A stretch of DNA of 60,741 nucleotides, filler included, from a bacterium UBP13_UBA5359 (lineage in GTDB: Bacteria > UBP13 > UBA5359), in assembly GCA_002410925.1 (NCBI GenBank). It is 7 parts of 6 records of this genome, joined end to end, with 100 filler letters (N's around TTAATTAATTAA, not from the genome) between each part and the next. Parts side by side here need not be neighbours in the genome. Positions count along the whole stretch, not along the records: positions 1 to 15,376 come from DHPR01000020.1; positions 15,477 to 45,770 come from DHPR01000010.1; 5 more parts are not named here. One strand, 5' to 3'. Of the stretch, positions 13,524 through 23,525 are shown piece by piece; the first letter of the stretch is position 1; each line of letters opens with the position of its first letter. A program made the position numbers and the translations under genes. The notes under the pieces were generated by a model that searched no databases, was not told the origin of the DNA, and saw only the letters and a program-made list of their open reading frames with translations.

Positions 13524-13949
13524 TCAGCCTTCCACCTCAATGCCCATACTGCGAGCTGTGCCCTCTATCATCAGCATAGCAGCATCGACATCGTTAGCAT
13601 TCAAATCCGGCATTTTCTGCTCCGCAATCTGCTTGACCTGAGCTTTGGTCAGCTTACCGACTTTAACCTTATTAGGAGTGCCGGAGGCAGTAGCTATACC
13701 GGCAGCTTTTTTTATAAGCTCTGCAGCCGGAGGTGTCTTGGTAATAAATGTAAAAGACCTGTCTTCATATACCGTTATTTCGACAGGTATGATCTCGCCT
13801 GCTTTATCAGCCGTTTTCTCATTGTAGCTCTTGCAGAACTCCATGATATTAACGCCATGCTGCCCTAATGCAGGACCTACCGGGGGAGCCGGTGTAGCTT
13901 TACCAGCCGTTATCTGAAGCTTGATTATGCCTTTAATTTTCTTTGCCAT
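13524..13949 (-). CDS. rplK: 50S ribosomal protein L11
   Basis: [26 protein letters not shown]. Confidence 0.99.
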   Translation of the reverse strand: MAKKIKGIIKLQITAGKATPAPPVGPALGQHGVNIMEFCKSYNEKTADKAGEIIPVEITVYEDRSFTFITKTPPAAELIKKAAGIATASGTPNKVKVGKLTKAQVKQIAEQKMPDLNANDVDAAMLMIEGTARSMGIEVEG

Positions 13950-14106
13950 TCTACGCTACCTCTCCTGTCCAGAAAATGTGCCCTGTGAACACGATGCTAC
14001 TATTATTAATTTCAAAACCCTGCAGCAAGCCTTGATGCCCGCTATCTTTTTATATGCTTGATGATGACACTATCAATGTTATGAACGGCTCTTCCGTCAA
14101 CTGCAC

Positions 14107-14667
14107 CTAAAGCTTCTCAACCTGATAAAATTCCAATTCAACCGGCGTTTCTCTGCCGAAAATAGTGAGCAACGCTCTGAGTTTTCCCTGTTCCGGATAT
14201 ATATCCTCAATAACGCCCGTAAAATTCATAAACGGGCCGGATATAACCCTAATAGAATCTCCAGGATCCCAGGCAACCTTTATCTTAGGCGCCGCCATAC
14301 CCATCTGATGCAATATGGTCTGAACCTCGCGCTCCTGCAAAGGAACAGGCTTGGAACCGGAGCTAATAAAACCAGTTATTCCGGTAGTATTGCGAACTAA
14401 CTGCCAGATATCATCGTCCATGACCATCTCGATCATAATGTAACCGGGAAATATTTTTTTCTTGGTACGCTTCTTCTTACCATCCTTTATTTCTATCTCT
14501 TCCTCAGTAGGAATAACCACCTGAAAGATCCTGTCCTCCAAGCCCATAGACTCTATTCTCCGTTCAAGGCTAGCCTTTGCCTTAGCCTCGTAACCGGAGT
14601 GGGTATGAAGCACGTACCACCTTTTCTCTTTGTTTTTCTCCACCATAACCTCATTCTCCATCAACAA
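14107..14667 (-). CDS. nusG: Transcription termination/antitermination factor NusG
   Basis: WYVLHTHSGYE, FPGYI, IFGRETPVEL; exact start uncertain by a few codons. Confidence 0.98.
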   Translation of the reverse strand: MLMENEVMVEKNKEKRWYVLHTHSGYEAKAKASLERRIESMGLEDRIFQVVIPTEEEIEIKDGKKKRTKKKIFPGYIMIEMVMDDDIWQLVRNTTGITGFISSGSKPVPLQEREVQTILHQMGMAAPKIKVAWDPGDSIRVISGPFMNFTGVIEDIYPEQGKLRALLTIFGRETPVELEFYQVEKL

Positions 14668-14678
14668 TGGAGCACCAG

Positions 14679-14930
14679 TTAGCCACCCATTCCACCGCCA
14701 AAATTCCCTAGGAGCTTGAAGGCATAACTATAAACAAAATCCAGTATGGCTATAAAAACAGCCACAATTATTATGCTGATTATCACCAGTATAGTGGAAG
14801 ATGTCAGTTCCTTCCGGTTTGGCCAGGCTACCTTTTTCATCTCCGCCCAGACTCCTGAAAAGAAGTCCTTAATAGCCTTGGAAAAGGCAACCTTTTTTAC
14901 GGTGCCGCGATTCGTTCTGCTTTGACTCAA
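14679..14930 (-). CDS. secE: Preprotein translocase subunit SecE
   Basis: EMKKVAWP motif followed by one TM helix; synteny. Confidence 0.95.
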   Translation of the reverse strand: MSQSRTNRGTVKKVAFSKAIKDFFSGVWAEMKKVAWPNRKELTSSTILVIISIIIVAVFIAILDFVYSYAFKLLGNFGGGMGG

Positions 14931-14946
14931 AATATTTTCACATCCC

Positions 14947-15023
14947 TGGCAGGCCTGGAGGGATTCGAACCCCCAACACCCGGATTTGGAGTCCGGTGCT
15001 CTACCAATTGGAGCTACAGGCCT
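14947..15023 (-). tRNA. trnW: tRNA-Trp (CCA)
   Basis: AGGCCTG acceptor stem, CCGGA-CTCCAAA-TCCGG anticodon arm, GGTTCGAATCC T arm, encoded 3' CCA. Confidence 0.97.
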
Positions 15024-15054
15024 GCGCCACCTAATCTATATATTTCACCTTAAA

Positions 15055-15216
15055 CTAACGTACTTCCCTATGTACCGTATGCTGTCTGCAGAAGCTGCAA
15101 TATTTCTTGAGCTCCATCCGTCCGGTAATATTCTTTCTATTTTTGGTAGTAGAATAATTACGGCGTTTGCATTCATTGCACGATAACGATATTGTTTTAC
15201 GATCATCCTTGGCCAT
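15055..15216 (-). CDS. rpmG: 50S ribosomal protein L33, zinc-ribbon (CxxC...CxxC) form; absent from ORF track
   Basis: Hand translation [61 protein letters not shown]. Confidence 0.97.
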   Translation of the reverse strand: MAKDDRKTISLSCNECKRRNYSTTKNRKNITGRMELKKYCSFCRQHTVHREVR

Positions 15217-15250
15217 ACAGCTCACCTCATGCGTCCGATGACGCCAGTCT

Positions 15251-15279
15251 AATCTAGCATATTTACTTCACGTAGTCAA
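15251..15279 (-). promoter_or_regulatory. Promoter upstream of rpmG
   Basis: TTGACT-17 nt-TAGATT with TG extension. Confidence 0.6.
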
Positions 15280-15376
15280 TGCCAATGAGCGCTGGACGGC
15301 TTAAGCCGCCCAGTCTAAACTCTCAAGATATTCAAACCAATCATTTTGTCCTATTATTCTTCAATAGCGCTGATAA

Positions 15377-15476
15377 NNNNNNNNNNNNNNNNNNNNNNNN
15401 NNNNNNNNNNNNNNNNNNNNTTAATTAATTAANNNNNNNNNNNNNNNNNNNNNNNNNNNNNNNNNNNNNNNNNNNN
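15377..15476. other. Artificial contig linker
   Basis: N44-TTAATTAATTAA-N44. Confidence 0.99.
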
Positions 15477-15575
15477 GGCGCTGGAGAGCATAGAGAAGGA
15501 GATAAATATCTTGTCGGCAAACAAATAGGAAGCATGGCCGCTACTCTAGATGCAATCCAGAAGCAATGAGAGGAT

Positions 15576-16640
15576 ATGATAATGATAATCGACATTCACA
15601 ATCACTCGGATTGGCACAGGCACAACCTGAATTCGGTCGATACGGACGAGTACGGCATAGACAAAGCCTGGCAAACGAATCCGGTAATAAAAAGATATCC
15701 TGGCAACCCGATATTATCGGCCGATGATGTCCCTTATCGTTCTGACCTGGTCTTCAATGCCGGCGTGACCAGGTATCAGGGCAGATATGTCATGGTTTTT
15801 CGCAATGATTATGCGGATTCAGCTTCCAAAGCCGTACAGGGATGCAATCTGGGGCTGGCGTTCAGCGATGACGGAATAGATTGGAAAGTGGAGAAGCAAC
15901 CGCTCTTTCTCGATTCCGGCAGCTATCCCTTGGGTATGCCTTACGATCCACGTCTGACGGTTCTTGATGGACGATGCTATATGTGCTTTGCTACCGGCAT
16001 GAACCACGGGGTATCCGGTGGAATAGCTGCGACCGATGACTTTAAGAACTGGGAGATACTGAATATCTCTGCTCCGGATAACCGCAACTGGGTTCTCTTT
16101 CCGGAGAGAGTAAACGGCAAAATGATAAGGTTGGAAAGACCTTTTGCTATGTATCAACGTCCTGGTGATCGTTTTGATATCTGGATATCTGCATCTCCTG
16201 ACGGGCGCTATTGGGGGGATACGGAATTGTTGCTGAAAACAGAGAGTGTTCCCTGGGTTAATGAGAAGATCGGTCCGGCAACTCCGCCGATAAGGACTCC
16301 TAAAGGATGGCTGGCTCTCTTTCATGGAGTGGATGTAGATGCTTCGCGCCAGGGCTGGGGCTGGTCGGGTAACTGGAGAAAGCGTTATTCGGCCGGGTTG
16401 ATGTTGCTTGATCAGGATAACCCGTATAAGGTAATCGGTTTATCTCGGGGACCTGTTCTGGTTCCCGAAGAGGATTATCGTTATGAAGCTGAAGGTTATC
16501 GGGATTACGTAATTTTTCCGGGAGGTATGATTCTGGAAAAAGATAACAGTGTCAAGATCTATTACGGAGCGGCTGATACCGTAGAGGCTTTGGCAACAGC
16601 CGATCTGAATGACCTGCTGACACTTTGCGAGCCTGTATAG
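15576..16640 (+). CDS. GH130 beta-mannoside phosphorylase-like protein
   Basis: GNPIL, VFNAGV, YDPR, NRNWVLFP, KIG, FHGV, VIFPGG, YYGAAD motifs. Confidence 0.9.
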   Translation: MIMIIDIHNHSDWHRHNLNSVDTDEYGIDKAWQTNPVIKRYPGNPILSADDVPYRSDLVFNAGVTRYQGRYVMVFRNDYADSASKAVQGCNLGLAFSDDGIDWKVEKQPLFLDSGSYPLGMPYDPRLTVLDGRCYMCFATGMNHGVSGGIAATDDFKNWEILNISAPDNRNWVLFPERVNGKMIRLERPFAMYQRPGDRFDIWISASPDGRYWGDTELLLKTESVPWVNEKIGPATPPIRTPKGWLALFHGVDVDASRQGWGWSGNWRKRYSAGLMLLDQDNPYKVIGLSRGPVLVPEEDYRYEAEGYRDYVIFPGGMILEKDNSVKIYYGAADTVEALATADLNDLLTLCEPV

Positions 16641-16829
16641 ATGCTTATAAAGCTTCACTTGCTTTAAATAGCAATAAAGTAGAGCGCTGAGAAATTCTTC
16701 CGAAAAATATTTTAGAGATTCCTTCAATTAAGACAGGCCTCTTAGTTTTAGAGGCTCTTTACCTTCTGCTCGCACACCGGTTCTCGGCCAATATATACCC
16801 GGCACGCGGGGGCAGCGGGCTGAAAATTA

Positions 16830-16902
16830 TAATTGCTCTATAGCAATTAGCAGGGATATCCTTACAGGCGGCGAATAATACTATAAATGCTATATAGCAT
16901 TT
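16830..16902. promoter_or_regulatory. Two related palindromic operators (WTGCTMTATAGCAW)
   Basis: TAATTGCTCTATAGCAATTA (16830-16849) and perfect AAATGCTATATAGCATTT (16885-16902) directly before the regulator start. Confidence 0.6.
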
Positions 16903-16905
16903 GAG

Positions 16906-17952
16906 GTGACTGTGAAAACGTTCAAGTATAAAATGATAGAGAATAAGCTCAAGGCGGAGCTGTGCAACGGTGAGCATCAGCAGGGAGATCGCTTCCATAC
17001 CGAGCGCTCGCTGGCGGCGCGTTACGGCGTCAGTCCGGTAACTGTCAGACAGGCCCTGGCCGCTTTGGTTGAGGAGGGCTGGCTGGAACGCCGCCAGGGA
17101 AGCGGTACCTATGTATGCGATCCTTATCAGCGTAGAAAAGAGGATATAGGGGTTATCTATATTGATGATTTCAGCGGCAATCCTCTTCTTATTCAGACGA
17201 TCACTTTGATAATAAAGGCGGCCAACAGAAGACGGCGGGAGGTAAAGATATTTACCTATCGGAAGGGAATGCTTCATCTGGGCAAAGATACTTTTAACGA
17301 GGCTATTGCTGAGAAGAGGCTTTCCGGGCTATTGCCTGTGAGCCGCCTGAATGCTGAAGAGCTCGCATATCTGCACGACAGTCGCCTTTCGACGGTTCTT
17401 CTTTTTAATGAGAGCCCTATCAGCGGTATCGGGAGTGTAATTTCCGATGATAATACGGCTGTATCCATGATGATCGAGCATCTCAGCTCTCTGGGGCACA
17501 GACGCATTGCTCTGGTGAACGGCGTAGGCGGAAGTGCTCTTCAGGAAGCCTTTTTAGGTTGCTTGTCCGAAAAAGGGCTGGATTGCGGAGATGGACTCTG
17601 CAGTGTACAGCAGTGGAGTGAAGCAGGCGGTAGAGCCGGCTTCAAGAAGATTCTGGATACGGATAAAAGGCCTACCGCCGTTATAGCTGCCGATGAGCAG
17701 CTGGCATTAGGAGTTATGCATCAGGCTGCAGATGCGGGACTCGATATACCTGGCGATCTCTCCCTTATTGTCGGCTCGGATCGTCTGCCTCCGCAGATGT
17801 ACCCTGCCTGGCCCACGGCTATGGATGTCGATTATGAGGCAATAGCGGAAAAGGCTTTGGATATGCTGCTGGGAAGAAAGCCAATGATCAATCTTACGAT
17901 CCCACCGCGTTTGGTCATCAGGGACACGACCAGGGGCATAGACAGGAGATAG
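16906..17952 (+). CDS. GntR-wHTH / LacI-type sugar-binding domain regulator (AraR-like)
   Basis: TERSLAARYGVSPVTVRQAL...RRQGSGTYV; GHRRIA, PTAVIAADEQLALG, IPGDLS. Confidence 0.92.
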   Translation: MTVKTFKYKMIENKLKAELCNGEHQQGDRFHTERSLAARYGVSPVTVRQALAALVEEGWLERRQGSGTYVCDPYQRRKEDIGVIYIDDFSGNPLLIQTITLIIKAANRRRREVKIFTYRKGMLHLGKDTFNEAIAEKRLSGLLPVSRLNAEELAYLHDSRLSTVLLFNESPISGIGSVISDDNTAVSMMIEHLSSLGHRRIALVNGVGGSALQEAFLGCLSEKGLDCGDGLCSVQQWSEAGGRAGFKKILDTDKRPTAVIAADEQLALGVMHQAADAGLDIPGDLSLIVGSDRLPPQMYPAWPTAMDVDYEAIAEKALDMLLGRKPMINLTIPPRLVIRDTTRGIDRR

Positions 17953-17956
17953 AGAA

Positions 17957-20239
17957 ATGGCTAATATAACTGAACAGGATAGGCTCTTTTTTGCTGAACT
18001 GGAGGAGATGCCGCGTCATTTTAGTGCATTATCATATCCGGAGGGTAAGATAACCCTTGATAATGAGTGGTGCATAGTAACAGCCGGTAGAGAGAAGCGA
18101 GTGCGCTGCGGCGCTGAATCCTTGCGCAAATTTTTAAATAAATATTGCGGTTTATCTCTGCCGGTTGCAGAGGGTGCTATTCCAGGTGAGAAAAAATGCA
18201 TATATCTCAGCTGGAAGGAAGAAACCGGTGAAGGTTTCAGTATAACGGTTAAGCCTGACAGCGTAGAGATCACGGGTGATTCTCCCGCAGGAGCGCTTTA
18301 TGGTGCGCATCGTTTGCAATGGATGATGGAGCAAAGCGGAGGACATTATCTTAAGCCTGGTGAATACAGGGTGCAGCCGGGTGCCTCGGTACGCATCAGT
18401 GCTACTCCTTTTCATCAGGGCTTTGATGATGCTGGTGACCCTCTGGCATATGGCGACGGTTATCTGGATTTGATGGCTCACTATGGATACAACGGGCTGC
18501 ATTTCTATATAAATCTATTCGATTATATGGAGAGAGTGCCTGCAGCGCCGGAATTGGAAAATCAAAAGGCGGTTGGGCGCATAGACAGGCTGCGCCTTCT
18601 GGCAGAAAGAGCTGCCCGGTATAATGTCGGCATCTACCTGCATATAAACGCCTCCAAGTTAAGCAGTGATCATCCGATCTTTTTTCGGCATCCACAACTG
18701 AAAGGGGCTCAATCCTGGGAGGAAGGCTTCAACACTCTTTGCAGCAGCGCACCGCAGACATGGAAGATATATGCTGAGACTGTCAATGCTATTATAGATA
18801 GCGTGCCGACTGTACAGGGCGTTATTGCCATTATCGGCGGCGAATGTCTCTGGCATTGTTATACCAGGCCGTATCCGCGACCGGAAGAGGGCACCAACTG
18901 CCCGGCCTGCGCCGGGAAATCGGCCGACAAAGTGGTGGCGGATTTTGTTAACGGTATTGCAAACAGAATTTGGAAGGTGCATCCTGACAGCAAGTTCATA
19001 GTCTGGCCCTATAGCGCACATCTATGGTCTGCAAGCAGAGAGCAGAAGGAGTTCATACCGCTGATGGACGAGCGCATCGGCCTGATGACCTGCTATGATA
19101 AGGATGCCTGGCTGGAGGTTGATGGGATCAGAAGCGCTATCTTTGATTATTCCGTCAGCTACGTGGGGCCTTCACCGAAATATGAGGTGCAGAGGGATAT
19201 ATGCAGCCGGGAAGAGAGGGATTTCTATATCAAGACGGAGAGCTCCATCGGTATAGAAATGCTTAATCTGCCATATGTACCGGCAATGGCAAACTGGCGG
19301 AAACGCTGGAGAGGCATGATGGCGGATCGTCCACGGGGCGTGCTGGCCAACTGGAGGTTTACCGGTTTAACCGGCACGCTGTCGGAAGAGGTGTCATATC
19401 GGGAAATATGGAGAGATGCAGGGGATGAAGAGAGTCTGCAGGCCATGGCCGAAAGGCTGGCAGGCGTTGAAGGTGCTTCAGAGTGCCTTAAGGCATGGGA
19501 ATTGCTGAGCCGGAGTTTCAGCCGGCTATCTTTCTCCTTTGGCATAAGCGGGTTTCCATATTTTCGCGGGCCGATGTATCTGGGTCCGGCGCATCCGCTC
19601 TTGCTGTCAGGCGATCAGGGGCGGTATCTCTCCCCCAAATTCTATAACTTTGATGCCTGGGCTTATACCGAAGATCCGTTGGCGCAGGATGATGAATCCA
19701 AAGCTAACCTTATACAAAATCCTCTTTATTTTGATGATCAGCGCTGGGCTTCTCCTTTTGGCATAAAGAGAGTTCTCGCTGATTTGGAGAGTGTATGCGC
19801 TCTTTGGACGGAGGGTATGAAGCATTATCTTCAGGCACTGGAGTTGGCTCCCGGCCCTTTAAAAGCAGATTTACAAAGAGAGCTTGATGTGGCTTTGATG
19901 GCCGAAGTGACATTAAAAAGCACCCTCTTTCTAGCCCGTTTTCAAATAGAGCGAGACAGGACTTTTGGTCCCCTGAAGGATGAGGAGGCTGACGAAAGCT
20001 ATCGCCGGATGGTACGGGTAGTGAAGGATGATCTGGAGAACAGCCGCCTGGGCCTTGATCTGGCAAGGCGTTATTTCCGCTACGGCTATGGTTTTGTTTA
20101 TGGTCGGTCATTTGATGTCTCCATGATTGAAGAGAAGATAAAGTTTACTCGTGAAAAGCTTTTGCCGGAAATCGACTGGTATTACGAACTGCTGATAACC
20201 CATGCTTATTCACGGCCATTTATTAAGGAGCAGAGGTAA
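17957..20239 (+). CDS. Uncharacterised 760-aa putative glycoside hydrolase (GH20b-like N-domain + barrel with Cys cluster)
   Basis: EGFSITV...ITGDSPAGALYG resembles GH20/67/84 domain 2; LCSS, ECLWHCY, CPAC motifs shared with 41589-43430. Confidence 0.6.
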   Translation: MANITEQDRLFFAELEEMPRHFSALSYPEGKITLDNEWCIVTAGREKRVRCGAESLRKFLNKYCGLSLPVAEGAIPGEKKCIYLSWKEETGEGFSITVKPDSVEITGDSPAGALYGAHRLQWMMEQSGGHYLKPGEYRVQPGASVRISATPFHQGFDDAGDPLAYGDGYLDLMAHYGYNGLHFYINLFDYMERVPAAPELENQKAVGRIDRLRLLAERAARYNVGIYLHINASKLSSDHPIFFRHPQLKGAQSWEEGFNTLCSSAPQTWKIYAETVNAIIDSVPTVQGVIAIIGGECLWHCYTRPYPRPEEGTNCPACAGKSADKVVADFVNGIANRIWKVHPDSKFIVWPYSAHLWSASREQKEFIPLMDERIGLMTCYDKDAWLEVDGIRSAIFDYSVSYVGPSPKYEVQRDICSREERDFYIKTESSIGIEMLNLPYVPAMANWRKRWRGMMADRPRGVLANWRFTGLTGTLSEEVSYREIWRDAGDEESLQAMAERLAGVEGASECLKAWELLSRSFSRLSFSFGISGFPYFRGPMYLGPAHPLLLSGDQGRYLSPKFYNFDAWAYTEDPLAQDDESKANLIQNPLYFDDQRWASPFGIKRVLADLESVCALWTEGMKHYLQALELAPGPLKADLQRELDVALMAEVTLKSTLFLARFQIERDRTFGPLKDEEADESYRRMVRVVKDDLENSRLGLDLARRYFRYGYGFVYGRSFDVSMIEEKIKFTREKLLPEIDWYYELLITHAYSRPFIKEQR

Positions 20240-20246
20240 AAGCGTT

Positions 20247-21140
20247 ATGAAAATTACGGTTGTAATGGGTTTTGACATGGAGACGGACATAGGGAGTTGG
20301 ACGCCTTATTATCAAGGGCTGATACACGGCACTCCCAGAATGCTGGAGGTGCTGGCGCGCCACGGTGCCGAAGCTACCTTCTTCTTTACCGGAGAGGCGG
20401 CGCAAATGCATCCGGAGATAGTATCTATGGTGGATGAAGCCGGTCATGAAACAGGCTGCCATACCCTTTATCATGAAACTATAGGCGATGAGCTCTTTCC
20501 CATTCCCGGTGTCAGACCGGTGCTGCCTGAAGAGTGCTACCATCGGATAGAAGCAGCCACCGATGCCGTACAGCAGACGCTTGGCAAGAAGATCGTTTCC
20601 TTTCGGGCTCCCAGATTATGGGGCAGCACGGCTATGGTCAATGCTCTGGAGGATTTGGGATATATAGCTGATGCCTCTTATTCTATGTATTACTATCGGG
20701 ATAGATTGATGCCCTACCATCCCAGCCGTGAGAACTGGACTCAGGAAGGGGATATGAAGATACTGGAGATACCTAACTTTGCCGATATGACAATGCAGAG
20801 TACCGATCAATACGGCAGAGACAGGGATCAGTGGCCTCTCTTTCGGACCGAGGGAGCAGATGCTCTGATGGAGCATGTGGAGAGTATGCTGAAGATGTAT
20901 GAAAGCAGGGGGCTTGATGCCGTTATCTGCCTTTACCTGCATCCTTGGGAGTTTCATGAAATGCCGCAGGGGATTATTCATTATGGTGAAGGGGCGGTGC
21001 TTCCCGATCCCTTTATCGTTAAAAATTGCGGGGAGCCTGCGGTCAGAGAATTAGACCGCCTTATGACTATGCTGATAGAACATGGCGCCTCTTTTATCAG
21101 TGCCGGGCAGTTAGCTGCAGCTGAACAGCAAGGTAGCTGA
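20247..21140 (+). CDS. Polysaccharide deacetylase (NodB/CE4 fold)
   Basis: GFDMETD, ATFFFTG, GHETGCHTLYH, FRAP, YLHPWE; ATG at 20247. Confidence 0.88.
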   Translation: MKITVVMGFDMETDIGSWTPYYQGLIHGTPRMLEVLARHGAEATFFFTGEAAQMHPEIVSMVDEAGHETGCHTLYHETIGDELFPIPGVRPVLPEECYHRIEAATDAVQQTLGKKIVSFRAPRLWGSTAMVNALEDLGYIADASYSMYYYRDRLMPYHPSRENWTQEGDMKILEIPNFADMTMQSTDQYGRDRDQWPLFRTEGADALMEHVESMLKMYESRGLDAVICLYLHPWEFHEMPQGIIHYGEGAVLPDPFIVKNCGEPAVRELDRLMTMLIEHGASFISAGQLAAAEQQGS

Positions 21141-21155
21141 TATGCGGAGCAGGGT

Positions 21156-22247
21156 ATGAATAAGTATACAAAATTACGTAGTATAAAAGGCAACGAAGCC
21201 ATAGAGTTGAAGAAAGGCCCCTCAAGGCTGCTGCTCTGTCCTGACATGGGAGGCAGAGCATTTGCGGAGGTAGCAGGCATTGTGCCGCACCGAATAGATT
21301 TACAGGCAGCTGCTCGTCCGGGGGATGACTTCAACAATTATGGTGGTAACAATCTCTGGCCGGCACCGGAGGGAGGCGTGTACGGCTTTAATTACAAAGG
21401 CAATGGATGGTATGTGCAACCGGCCGTCAATACTCAGCCCTTTGAAGTAGCCGCCTCCAAGGAGAACAACATCCTTGAAAGCATGCCTGGGAGGCCCGAA
21501 ATCGATGGCAGACAACCGGCAACCGACGACAGCGTTCGAAGAGTGCGATTGCAAAAGAGGTCAACCCTGGTTAACCGGGCCGGCACGACGATGGAAACTC
21601 TTATCAGCAGAGAGGTCAGCCTGTCAGACTGTCCTGCCATGCTGAAAAGCTATGAGATTGAGGGCTGTCTCTCTTATACGACGATCGATTCTTTCGAGAT
21701 AACCAATGAGGTGCGGACCTATGCCGGCCTGTTGGCAGCCTGGACGCTGGAGCAGTTTGATGCAACAGGCGATACTATTTCTTTTTGCATAGCGGATAAC
21801 CCATATCAGGCCATTAATTTTGATTATTATGAGCATCCCGAGGAACGGATCATCTATTACGAGAAGGGTTTTACCTACAGGACCGATGGCCGAAGCCGGG
21901 GGCAGATAGGCATAAAGGCAGTGGCGCAGGCGAAGCAGATAGGCTTTTACGATTTTCATCGTCGTTTGCTCTGTCTGCGACGTAACAGAAGTGATGGTAA
22001 GGGACTCTATTTCAATATTGCTGATAACAATCAGCCTGCCGGACAATTCTCGGCCGCTGATAATTACAGTATCTTCAATTCCGACTCCGATATGGCGGCG
22101 TTTGAGCTGGAAACCATCGGTGCTGCCAAAGTGGATGGCAATCTGCTGCAGAGATCGGAATTGATCTCTGATACAGTGCTGGCTGTTTTTAAAAGAGCGG
22201 AAGATATTGAGCGCTTTATTCAGGAAAAACTGGGAAGCGCTCTTTAA
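21156..22247 (+). CDS. Hypothetical protein, DUF6786-like (possible mutarotase-type beta-sandwich)
   Basis: PDMGGR, NYGGNNLWPAPEGG, FELET pattern recalled from this family. Confidence 0.5.
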   Translation: MNKYTKLRSIKGNEAIELKKGPSRLLLCPDMGGRAFAEVAGIVPHRIDLQAAARPGDDFNNYGGNNLWPAPEGGVYGFNYKGNGWYVQPAVNTQPFEVAASKENNILESMPGRPEIDGRQPATDDSVRRVRLQKRSTLVNRAGTTMETLISREVSLSDCPAMLKSYEIEGCLSYTTIDSFEITNEVRTYAGLLAAWTLEQFDATGDTISFCIADNPYQAINFDYYEHPEERIIYYEKGFTYRTDGRSRGQIGIKAVAQAKQIGFYDFHRRLLCLRRNRSDGKGLYFNIADNNQPAGQFSAADNYSIFNSDSDMAAFELETIGAAKVDGNLLQRSELISDTVLAVFKRAEDIERFIQEKLGSAL

Positions 22248-22298
22248 AGTGTAGCTAAAAGGCTATAGAGAGTTAATAAAAGAAGGAGGAGCATAGGG

Positions 22299-23456
22299 AT
22301 GATCAAGATACCCGCAGAAGAATTTAAAGCGCGCCGCAAGAGAGCGCAGGAGCTTGTCAGAGAGAAAGGGCTGGATGCTCTGCTGGTGCACAGCCATGAA
22401 GCGGATTTTGCTAACGTCAGGTATTTATCCGATTTCTGGCCATTATTCGAAAGTGCCGGCGTAGTTATCCAGGCTGAAGGCGATCCTCTGCTAATAATCG
22501 GGCCTGAGAGCGAGACCTTTGCCAGGGATCATAGCACCATAGAGGATATCAGGAAGATACTTTACTATAGAGAGGCTGCTGAGCCGGATTATCCTGATAT
22601 AGCCATAGACAGTTTCGAGCAGATATTCTCTTTTGCCAACAACGGTCGGGGGGTAAAGAAACTCGGCATCGCCGGCTGGACGGCCATGCCCGTTTCAATC
22701 TATGAAGCGCTGAAAAAGGCTTTGCCCGAAGTGGAGATAGTCAAGGCGGACGATATTATGTATCGCTTGAGAATGATCAAGAGCGATAATGAGATAGCCG
22801 TGCTCAGGGAAGCCTTCAAGATATGTGAAGCTGGCGTGGAAGCCGTTCTTAACGCCATTAAGCCCGGCATGACAGAGCTGCAGGTAGTGGGTATAGCACA
22901 GGAAGCCATGTACCGTAACGGAGCCGAATATGAGGCGCACCCTACCTATGTACTCTCCGGCATCAATAGTTCTCACGCTATCGGCAGGCCCACTTACAGG
23001 GTTCTGGAGAAAGGGGAACTGGTGCAACTGAATATTGGAGCCAGAGTAGCCGGTTATTCACCCAGCATAGGGCTGCCGGTATGCCTGGGCAAGATGGATG
23101 CAGCTATGAAGGATCTGGTATCCTTTGGACTGGAAGCTCATAACAAGACAATGGAGTGGCTGAAGGGAGGTATTCCCGCCGGAGAGGTGGCTCGTAACTA
23201 CTTTGATTTTGTCAACAAGAGAGGCTATGGCGAGAACCTGCTTTACGGACCGTGTCACGGCCTGGGAATGATAGAGGTGGAGCGTCCCTGGATGGAGACC
23301 ACTTCCACATATCCGCTGCAGGAAAATATGACCTTCCAGGTAGATACCTTCCTGTACCGCCCTGAATACGGCTTTAGATGGGAGAGCGGTGTGCGTATAA
23401 CCTCTACAGGGGCAGAGCAGTTCTCCAACAAATATAGAGCTATATTTGAAGTCTGA
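22299..23456 (+). CDS. M24 (creatinase/Xaa-Pro peptidase) family protein with atypical metal site
   Basis: Creatinase_N-like N-terminus, LRMIKSDNEI, KPGMTE, CHGLG, RWE. Confidence 0.88.
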   Translation: MIKIPAEEFKARRKRAQELVREKGLDALLVHSHEADFANVRYLSDFWPLFESAGVVIQAEGDPLLIIGPESETFARDHSTIEDIRKILYYREAAEPDYPDIAIDSFEQIFSFANNGRGVKKLGIAGWTAMPVSIYEALKKALPEVEIVKADDIMYRLRMIKSDNEIAVLREAFKICEAGVEAVLNAIKPGMTELQVVGIAQEAMYRNGAEYEAHPTYVLSGINSSHAIGRPTYRVLEKGELVQLNIGARVAGYSPSIGLPVCLGKMDAAMKDLVSFGLEAHNKTMEWLKGGIPAGEVARNYFDFVNKRGYGENLLYGPCHGLGMIEVERPWMETTSTYPLQENMTFQVDTFLYRPEYGFRWESGVRITSTGAEQFSNKYRAIFEV

Positions 23457-23525
23457 GGGCAGGATATCGTATAGCAACTGTGGAATATATCCGAAGCAAC
23501 ATGAGCTTTTGCTTCGGAGGTTGTA

